Positions 19,233 to 25,817 of a stretch of DNA of 25,817 nt are shown piece by piece. The DNA is from Acutalibacteraceae bacterium. Its GTDB lineage: Bacteria > Bacillota_I > Bacilli_A > RFN20 > CAG-826. A program made the position numbers and the translations under genes. Location: contig CAVKEL010000036.1 of assembly GCA_963655445.1 (NCBI GenBank), positions 1 through 25,817 on the forward strand. The letters are read 5' to 3'. Each line of letters opens with the position of its first letter. Within the stretch, counting starts at the first letter, position 1. The notes under the pieces are model-generated. The model had not been told where the DNA came from, ran no database searches, and saw nothing but the letters and a program-made list of their open reading frames with translations.

Positions 19233-20579
19233 ATGAGGAAGTTCATTGAAGTATTTAAAAACAAAGAAGTTGTTAATCGTATATTTTTTACGATAATGAT
19301 TTTATTTGTATTTAGAATTGGTGCTGCTATCACAGTTCCTGGCATTGATGTCAGCCAACTTAATGAGCAAATCAATAATAGCAATAGTATATTGGCTATT
19401 ATGAATTTGCTTGGTGGTGGTGCTTTAAGTAACTTTAGTGTATTTGCTCTAGGTGTTTCACCATATATTACAGCTCAAATTATTATTCAACTTTTAAGTA
19501 TGGATGTTCTTCCAGCTTTGACTGAACTTACGAAGCAAGGTCAATATGGTCGTAAAAAGATTGAAATGGCTACAAGATATTTAGCCTTAATGCTTGGAGC
19601 TGTTCAAGGATATGGTATTATTCAAACCGCGAAAAATGTTAGTTGGATATCTCTTACAATGGAAGAAAATTTCTTCACATATGCTTATATTGTTACAGTT
19701 TTAGTAGCTGGTACAATGCTTGTCATGTGGCTTGGTGATCAAATCACTGATAAAGGCGTTGGTAATGGTATTTCAATTATCATTTTTGCAGGTATTGTTG
19801 TTTCTCTTCCTAACCAAATTACAACAGCTTTCTCTAAATGGATTTTATCTAGTTGGAGTTTAGGAAGTGCAGAGGCAAGTTTAGGTGTATTTAGATTTAT
19901 CCTTTATATATTAGCGCTTGTTGCAATTATTGCTTTCGTTACATTTATTGAATTAAGTAAACGTAAAATTCCTGTTCAACATAGTTCAAGAAGTGGCGGA
20001 AGTGAAAAAATGAGTAGAGCCAGTTTCTTACCAATTAAGGTAAATAGTGCTGGTGTTATCCCTGTTATTTTTGCTTCATCAATATTAACAGCTCCTAGTA
20101 TTATTGCTTCATTTATTTCAAGTGATGCAGCTAATGCAAGCTGGCTTGATATATTTAATTATTCAAAATTAACAGACATGGGCAATGGAGTCTATTTCCC
20201 ATGGGGCTTAATCATTTATATTGTGCTCGTGTTTGCCTTTACATTCTTCTATTCTAATTTACAAATTAATCCAGAAAGAATGGCTGAAGACTTTAAGAAA
20301 AACGGCAGTTATATTCCAGGAATTAGACCTGGCGTTGAAACTGAACGTTATGTTAGAAAAGTTTTAAACCGTGTAACCTTAATCGGTGCATTATCCCTTT
20401 GCTTTATTAGCGCTCTTCCAGTTGTTTTAACTTTAACTGGTGCATTTGGAGACGATTCTAGTTTAGCAATTGGCGGTACTGGTTTGATCATTGTTGTTGG
20501 TGTTGCTATCGAAATTAGTAAGCAAATCGATGGACTTATTGCTGGGAAATCATATGATGAAGTTATGGGAGGAATGTAA
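19233..20579 (+). CDS. secY: Preprotein translocase subunit SecY
   Basis: FALGVSPYITAQII, GVGNGISIIIFAGI, SAGVIPVIFA, IPGIRPG and GGTGLIIVVGV. Confidence 0.98.
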   Translation: MRKFIEVFKNKEVVNRIFFTIMILFVFRIGAAITVPGIDVSQLNEQINNSNSILAIMNLLGGGALSNFSVFALGVSPYITAQIIIQLLSMDVLPALTELTKQGQYGRKKIEMATRYLALMLGAVQGYGIIQTAKNVSWISLTMEENFFTYAYIVTVLVAGTMLVMWLGDQITDKGVGNGISIIIFAGIVVSLPNQITTAFSKWILSSWSLGSAEASLGVFRFILYILALVAIIAFVTFIELSKRKIPVQHSSRSGGSEKMSRASFLPIKVNSAGVIPVIFASSILTAPSIIASFISSDAANASWLDIFNYSKLTDMGNGVYFPWGLIIYIVLVFAFTFFYSNLQINPERMAEDFKKNGSYIPGIRPGVETERYVRKVLNRVTLIGALSLCFISALPVVLTLTGAFGDDSSLAIGGTGLIIVVGVAIEISKQIDGLIAGKSYDEVMGGM

Positions 20580-20581
20580 TT

Positions 20582-21226
20582 ATGTTTCGTTCAATCATTT
20601 TACTTGGTGCTCCAGGCGCTGGAAAAGGCACTAATGCAAAACGCATAACTAAAACATTTAATATTCCCCATATTTCTACTGGTGATATGTTTAGAGAAGC
20701 AATTAAAAACCATACAAAACTTGGTGAAGAAGCTAGTAGCTATATGCAAAAAGGTCTTCTTGTTCCTGATTCAATTACAATTGGATTAGTAAAGGAAAGA
20801 CTTGCAAAAGACGATTGTAAAGATGGATTTTTACTTGATGGTTTCCCAAGAAATGTTTCACAAGCTGAAGCATTAAGTGAAATAGGTAAAGATCTAAATC
20901 GTCCAATTAATTATGTTATAGACATTAATGTTCCAGAATCTGTTTTAAAAGATAGAATCTGTGGCAGACGTGTTTGTAAGGTTTGTGGCGCTCCATACCA
21001 CGTAACTAATATGAAACCAAAAGTCGAAGGTGTTTGCGACTTATGTGGAGGCGAGCTTATTCAAAGAAAAGATGACAATGAAGAAGCTTTAAAGGTTCGA
21101 CTTAGTGAGTATCATAAGCAAACAGAACCTCTTGAAAAGTATTATTCTAATGTTCTTTATACCATTGATGGAACAAAGAATTTAGATGATTTACTTGAAG
21201 AAATTAAAGGAATCTTAGGAGAATAG
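20582..21226 (+). CDS. adk: Adenylate kinase with zinc LID
   Basis: GAPGAGKGT, HISTGDMFR, LDGFPR and CKVC...CDLC. Confidence 0.97.
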   Translation: MFRSIILLGAPGAGKGTNAKRITKTFNIPHISTGDMFREAIKNHTKLGEEASSYMQKGLLVPDSITIGLVKERLAKDDCKDGFLLDGFPRNVSQAEALSEIGKDLNRPINYVIDINVPESVLKDRICGRRVCKVCGAPYHVTNMKPKVEGVCDLCGGELIQRKDDNEEALKVRLSEYHKQTEPLEKYYSNVLYTIDGTKNLDDLLEEIKGILGE

Positions 21227-21231
21227 TTATC

Positions 21232-21990
21232 TTGATTATTGAAAAATCTCCTCGAGAAATTGCTTTAATGAAAGAAGCCGGGGAAGTTTTAATTGGTCTA
21301 TTTGATCTATTGGAAGAAAACACTGTACCTGGCAAAACAACCAAAGAATTAGATAGCTTAGCTAGAAAGTATATCCTCTCAAAAGGGGGATATCCTTCTA
21401 GTTATCACTATGAAGGATTCCCTGGTAATATCTGCATCTCAGTCAATGATACTTTGATTCATGGTATCCCTAGCGATAAGATTGTCTTAAAAGAAGGCGA
21501 TATTGTGAGTTATGATTGCATGTGTACAAAACATGGTTATGTTGCAGATGCTTGCCGTACTTTTCCAGTTGGTAAGGTAAGCGAAGAAGCAAAAAGACTC
21601 ATTGAAGTTACAAGAAATTGTTTCTTTAATGCAGTGAAACTTGTTAAACCTGGAATTCATCTTGGCGTCATTAGTCACGAAATCGAAAAAACTGCAAGAG
21701 AAGCAGGTTATACTGTGACTCCGCTTTACACGGGACATGGAGTTGGTAGAGATGTTCACGAAGACCCATATGTTCCAAATTGTGGTAAAGAGACAGATGG
21801 ACCAATTTTAAGAAAAGGAATGACTATTGCAATTGAACCAATGGTTAATGAAGGCAAAGTTGACTTAATCACTTTAAAAGATGGTTGGACTGTTAAGACT
21901 AAAGATGGAAAGTTATCTTGTCATTACGAAAATACGGTTGTAATTACAGATGACGGTTATGAGATTATCACTTTAAAAAAGGAGAATTAA
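21232..21990 (+). CDS. map: Methionine aminopeptidase type I (TTG start)
   Basis: CISVND...HGIP, GHGVG...HEDP, IAIEPM and HYENT. Confidence 0.96.
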   Translation: MIIEKSPREIALMKEAGEVLIGLFDLLEENTVPGKTTKELDSLARKYILSKGGYPSSYHYEGFPGNICISVNDTLIHGIPSDKIVLKEGDIVSYDCMCTKHGYVADACRTFPVGKVSEEAKRLIEVTRNCFFNAVKLVKPGIHLGVISHEIEKTAREAGYTVTPLYTGHGVGRDVHEDPYVPNCGKETDGPILRKGMTIAIEPMVNEGKVDLITLKDGWTVKTKDGKLSCHYENTVVITDDGYEIITLKKEN

Positions 21991-22209
21991 ATGGCTAAAC
22001 AAGATGTTATTACCGTCGAGGCGGTTGTTGTTGAAAGTTTACCAAATTGTAATTTTAAGGTAAAACTTGAAAACGATGTTGTAATTCATGCCACTGTTTC
22101 TGGTAAAATCCGTATGCATTACATTCGCATCTTACCAGGTGATCGAGTTACTATTGAATTATCGCCTTATGATTTAAACAATGGCAGAATTGTTTTTAGA
22201 CATAAGTAG
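21991..22209 (+). CDS. infA: Translation initiation factor IF-1
   Basis: MAKQDVI and [17 protein letters not shown]...SPYDL. Confidence 0.98.
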   Translation: MAKQDVITVEAVVVESLPNCNFKVKLENDVVIHATVSGKIRMHYIRILPGDRVTIELSPYDLNNGRIVFRHK

Positions 22210-22233
22210 TCTAAAGGAAATAGGAGAAAAAAG

Positions 22234-22347
22234 ATGAAAGTTAGACCATCAGTTAAACCTATTTGTGACAAGTGCAGAGTCATTAAAAGACATGGTGTTG
22301 TTATGGTTATTTGCAGCAACCCAAAGCACAAACAAAGACAAGGTTAA
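22234..22347 (+). CDS. rpmJ: 50S ribosomal protein L36 (zinc type), absent from the ORF track
   Basis: Manual translation gives [45 protein letters not shown] upstream. Confidence 0.97.
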   Translation: MKVRPSVKPICDKCRVIKRHGVVMVICSNPKHKQRQG

Positions 22348-22371
22348 TTTTTGAAAGGAAGAAAATAAGAT

Positions 22372-22746
22372 ATGGCACGTATTGTTGGTGTTGATATTCC
22401 AAATGAGAAAGTTGTTAGAGTCTCATTAACTTATATTTATGGTATCTGCGACACTTTAGCTAAACAAATTTGTGAAACTGCAAAAGTTGATCCACAAAAG
22501 AGAGTTAAAGATTTAACCGAAGAAGAAACTGCAGCAATTAGAGCTGCAATTGGTCATCACAAAGTTGAAGGTGACTTACGTAGAGAGCAAATGCTCAATA
22601 TTAAAAGATTACAAGAAATTGGCTGCTATAGAGGTATTAGACATAGAAGAGGTCTTCCAGTAAGAGGACAAAGAACTAAAACTAATGCTCGTACTCGTAA
22701 AGGTCCACGTAAGACTATTGCGAATAAGAAGGAAGCCGTTAAGTAA
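22372..22746 (+). CDS. rpsM: 30S ribosomal protein S13 (uS13)
   Basis: [10 protein letters not shown] and [26 protein letters not shown]. Confidence 0.98.
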   Translation: MARIVGVDIPNEKVVRVSLTYIYGICDTLAKQICETAKVDPQKRVKDLTEEETAAIRAAIGHHKVEGDLRREQMLNIKRLQEIGCYRGIRHRRGLPVRGQRTKTNARTRKGPRKTIANKKEAVK

Positions 22747-22764
22747 TAGGGGAGGGATGAATTT

Positions 22765-23154
22765 ATGGCAAAGAAACAAACTACCCGTAAGAAAAAGATT
22801 AAGAGATCGTTTTCAAAAGCAGTCGCTCACATTCATGCTTCATTCAATAACACAATTGTTACAATTACAGATGAACAAGGAAACGTTATTGCTTGGAGTA
22901 GCACAGGTGTTTTAGGCTTTAAAGGTGCTAAAAAATCTACACCATTTGCTGCTCAAAGTGCTGCTGAAGCTGCAGGAAAGAGTGCTTTTGAACAAGGTAT
23001 TAGAACTGTTGATGTTGATGTTAAAGGACCAGGAGCTGGTAGAGAAAGCGCAATTAGAGCTTTAACTAATGCTGGTTTAACTGTTACTAGTATTAACGAT
23101 TCAACTCCAATCCCACATAACGGATGTCGTCCACCAAAGAGACCAAGAGGATAA
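22765..23154 (+). CDS. rpsK: 30S ribosomal protein S11 (uS11)
   Basis: [21 protein letters not shown] and [11 protein letters not shown]. Confidence 0.98.
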   Translation: MAKKQTTRKKKIKRSFSKAVAHIHASFNNTIVTITDEQGNVIAWSSTGVLGFKGAKKSTPFAAQSAAEAAGKSAFEQGIRTVDVDVKGPGAGRESAIRALTNAGLTVTSINDSTPIPHNGCRPPKRPRG

Positions 23155-23163
23155 TAGATATTT

Positions 23164-24144
23164 ATGGCAGAGAACGAAATTAAAATTGCTCATCCTTTTG
23201 AAAAGTGTAACTTCAGATTAGCATTTGAATCTCAAGAAGAAAATTATGCTAAGGTTGTTGCTGAACCTTTAGAAAAAGGATTTGGCATTACTGTTGGTAA
23301 TGCTTTACGTAGAGTATTGTTAAGTGCTTTACCTGGAACTTCGGTCTATGCAGTTGAAGTTGAAGGTGCAGTACATGAATTTACTGCTCTAGACGGAATT
23401 GAAGAAGATTTAACACAAATCATTCTCAATTTAAAAGAATTAGTTATTAAATCAGATACAATTGGCGAAGCTGAATATGTTGTTAATGTTGATGTTAAAG
23501 GTTCAAAGACTTTATATGCTGGAGACCTTGTTTGTCCAACCGGCATCGAAATCATTAACAAAGATTTAATCATTTGCCATATCGCAGATGGTGGTCATTT
23601 AAAGATGACTCTTCATATTAGAAACGGACGTGGATTTGCTACTTCTGAAGAAAATAAAGTATATCCTCTTCCAATCCATTCAATTGCTACCGATAGTAAC
23701 TATTCGCCAATTGAACGTGTTAATTATAAAGTTGAAGGGACTCGTGTTGGTCACGATTCAAGATATGATAAATTAACTCTTGAGGTTTGGACTAATGGTG
23801 CAATTACTCCAATTGATGCTATTGCACTTGCAACTAAGATCTTAATGAATTATTTCTCAAATTTCTTAGATTTAAATAAAGGATTTGACGAACTTGGTTT
23901 AACAAAAGATCCAGAAGTTAAGAAAGAACAAACTTTTGAAAATGTACCAATTGAAGATTTAGACTTCAGTGTAAGATCAAGCAATTGCTTAAAGAGAGCT
24001 GGTATTACAACTGTTGCTGAATTAACTGAAAAGAGTGAAGCTGAAATGATGAAGGTTAGAAACTTAGGCAAGAAATCACTTAAAGAAGTTAAGGAAAAAC
24101 TTGCTAGTATGGGTTTATCCTTCAAGGATAGCAAGGAGGAATAG
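23164..24144 (+). CDS. rpoA: RNA polymerase alpha subunit
   Basis: EPLEKGFGITVGNALRRVLLS, SVRSSNCLKRAGI and RNLGKKSL. Confidence 0.98.
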   Translation: MAENEIKIAHPFEKCNFRLAFESQEENYAKVVAEPLEKGFGITVGNALRRVLLSALPGTSVYAVEVEGAVHEFTALDGIEEDLTQIILNLKELVIKSDTIGEAEYVVNVDVKGSKTLYAGDLVCPTGIEIINKDLIICHIADGGHLKMTLHIRNGRGFATSEENKVYPLPIHSIATDSNYSPIERVNYKVEGTRVGHDSRYDKLTLEVWTNGAITPIDAIALATKILMNYFSNFLDLNKGFDELGLTKDPEVKKEQTFENVPIEDLDFSVRSSNCLKRAGITTVAELTEKSEAEMMKVRNLGKKSLKEVKEKLASMGLSFKDSKEE

Positions 24145-24147
24145 ACA

Positions 24148-24543
24148 ATGCAAATCGGAAGAAAGAATGTCCATGGTAAGGGTGGCGTTAGATTTAAGAC
24201 ACCTTATACATCTAGCAAAAAGAAAGCTCAAGTTCGTAATTTAGTTACTGAACTTATAGTTTATGAAAAAGTAACTTGCACTAAGAGCATGACTAAAGAT
24301 GTAATTAAAGAATTTGATCATTTAGTTACATTATCCAAAAGAGGCGATCAACATAGCAAACGTTTAGCAGCCGCTGTTGTTAAACATTACAATGTTGATG
24401 AAAATACAACTGCTTTAGATAAGTTATTTAATGATTTAGCAAAACAATTTGCTAATAGAAATGGCGGTTATTTAAGAGTTTTAAAACTTGAAAACCGTAA
24501 AGGAGATAATGCCCCTGTTAATATGCTTGTTTATAGCAAGTAA
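24148..24543 (+). CDS. rplQ: 50S ribosomal protein L17 (bL17), divergent N-terminal half
   Basis: Follows rpoA. LVTLSKRGD and RNGGYLRVLKLENRKGDNAP. Confidence 0.92.
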   Translation: MQIGRKNVHGKGGVRFKTPYTSSKKKAQVRNLVTELIVYEKVTCTKSMTKDVIKEFDHLVTLSKRGDQHSKRLAAAVVKHYNVDENTTALDKLFNDLAKQFANRNGGYLRVLKLENRKGDNAPVNMLVYSK

Positions 24544-24558
24544 TTAAACAAAATGTAT

Positions 24559-24583
24559 AAGCCCTCGATTTTGAGGGCTTTTT
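24559..24583 (+). terminator. Intrinsic terminator ending the ribosomal supercluster
   Basis: Stem AAGCCCTC/GAGGGCTT followed by TTT, 15 nt after the rplQ stop. Confidence 0.8.
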
Positions 24584-24772
24584 AAATGGGGAAATGATGA
24601 ATTTTTGAAAAAGAAGTCGAAACGTATATAAAAATTTTAGAAAAATGCACATATGAAACTTGCTAAAAATAATAATGTTCATTTATGCACTTTTTTAAAA
24701 TTCATTGTCAAATAAGCATTAAATTTTTAAATTTCTATTTTTATGGTTATATTAATGGTGGAGGTAGGAACT

Positions 24773-25729
24773 ATGGAATATAGAAAGGTTACTATTATTG
24801 GAGATGGAACTGTTGGATCAACTACAGCATTCACTTTATTAATGAAAAAGTATATAAATGAAATTTGCATCATTGATCTAAATAAAGAAAAAGTTGAAGG
24901 TGATATACTTGATATGAATCAAGGTATGTCATTTGTTTCTAGTAAGAAAATTAAAGTTGGCGCATATGAAGATATAAAAGATTCAAGTTTAGTAATTATT
25001 ACAGCAGGTGCCGCCCAGAAAGAAGGCGAGACAAGACTTGATTTATTGAATAAAAATATTCACATTTTTGAATCAATTCTTTCGCAAGTTAAACCAAACT
25101 TAAATGATAGTTGCATTGTTTTAGTTGTTTCTAATCCAGTAGATATTTTAAGTTATTATACTTATAAATATTTAGGCATTGATGAAAAAAGAGTTATTGG
25201 TAGTGGAACAGTACTAGATTCAAGTCGTTTAAAAGTGCTATTAAGCCAGGATACACATATTGATCCAAAAAATATCCATGCTTATGTTATTGGTGAACAT
25301 GGCGATTCAGAAGTTGTTGCATTTAGCGCTTCATCAATTGCTGGAATTCCTGTAAAAGATTATTGTAAGCAATGTAAAAAGTGTGATTTAAAGAGGCTTG
25401 AAAATTTAGAAGAAATTTCTAAAACAGTTAGAAATGCTGCATATGAAATAATTAAGAAAAAAGGTGCTACATTCTACGCTATTGCACTTTCGGTTGAGAA
25501 AATAGTGGACACTATTTTAAATGATACCCATAGTGTATTAACTGTTAGTAGTTATATAAAAGATGCTTTCAATGGTCAAATCAAAGATGTATACATATCG
25601 TTGCCTTGTGTTGTTTCAAGAAACGGAATAGAAAAGCGTTTAGATGTTAGTTATTCTTTGGAAGAAGGCGTAAAACTAATAGAATCCGCTCAAAAATTAA
25701 AGAAAACATTTGATGAATTGAAAATATAA
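24773..25729 (+). CDS. ldh: L-lactate dehydrogenase
   Basis: GDGTVG Rossmann motif, TAGAAQKEGETRLDL (Gln specificity residue typical of LDH), SNPVD, GTVLDSSR and GEHGDS. Start placed at ATG 24773, 8 nt after GGAGG; the track start is 24743. Confidence 0.92.
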   Translation: MEYRKVTIIGDGTVGSTTAFTLLMKKYINEICIIDLNKEKVEGDILDMNQGMSFVSSKKIKVGAYEDIKDSSLVIITAGAAQKEGETRLDLLNKNIHIFESILSQVKPNLNDSCIVLVVSNPVDILSYYTYKYLGIDEKRVIGSGTVLDSSRLKVLLSQDTHIDPKNIHAYVIGEHGDSEVVAFSASSIAGIPVKDYCKQCKKCDLKRLENLEEISKTVRNAAYEIIKKKGATFYAIALSVEKIVDTILNDTHSVLTVSSYIKDAFNGQIKDVYISLPCVVSRNGIEKRLDVSYSLEEGVKLIESAQKLKKTFDELKI

Positions 25730-25759
25730 AAAGATGGCCGATTATTCGGTCATCTTTTT
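25728..25759 (+). terminator. Intrinsic terminator after ldh, likely bidirectional
   Basis: AAAAAGATGGCCGA-TTAT-TCGGTCATCTTTTT: a stem with one G-U, an A-run on the left and a T-run on the right. Confidence 0.85.
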
Positions 25760-25817
25760 GCATAAAAAACTCATGGAATCACCATCTAGATATGGAATGA
25801 TTAAATTTATATTTAAT

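Noticed and set aside
23100..23170. rpsD missing between rpsK and rpoA
   Set aside because: Normal for Bacilli and Mollicutes, where rpsD lies elsewhere.
24601..24666. Short open frame IFEKEVETYIKILEKCTYETC upstream of ldh
   Set aside because: It is preceded by in-frame TGA TGA with no ATG/GTG/TTG start, and has no recognisable homology.
25777..25802. Small hairpin AATCA-CCAT/ATGG-AA-TGATT after the ldh terminator
   Set aside because: Weak, bulged and at the window edge, so there is no context to interpret it.

Overview
AT-rich window with every supported gene on the + strand. It looks like a low-GC Bacillota (Bacilli) genome with Mollicutes-like traits: no rpmD, no rpsD in the alpha cluster, and many ribosomal-protein extensions. 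It translates cleanly with the standard bacterial code. There are four blocks. (1) Leloir galactose genes: galM (5'-truncated), galT, galK. (2) A queuosine salvage locus: a preQ1-I-like riboswitch candidate, then queT, tgt, queA and queH, followed by a GT2 glycosyltransferase overlapping the queH stop and a class I/II PLP aminotransferase. (3) A contiguous S10-spc-alpha ribosomal supercluster (rpsJ to rplQ) with a promoter, a structured leader, an rpmJ missed by the ORF track, and a terminator. (4) L-lactate dehydrogenase with its terminator. The most interesting hypothesis is that the GT2 coupled to the last Q-biosynthesis gene, beside UDP-galactose pathway genes, is a bacterial queuosine-tRNA glycosylation enzyme analogous to animal QTGAL. 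This rests on gene context only, and a glycolipid or cell-envelope role is a real alternative. I saw no mobile elements, CRISPR arrays, tRNAs or rRNAs.
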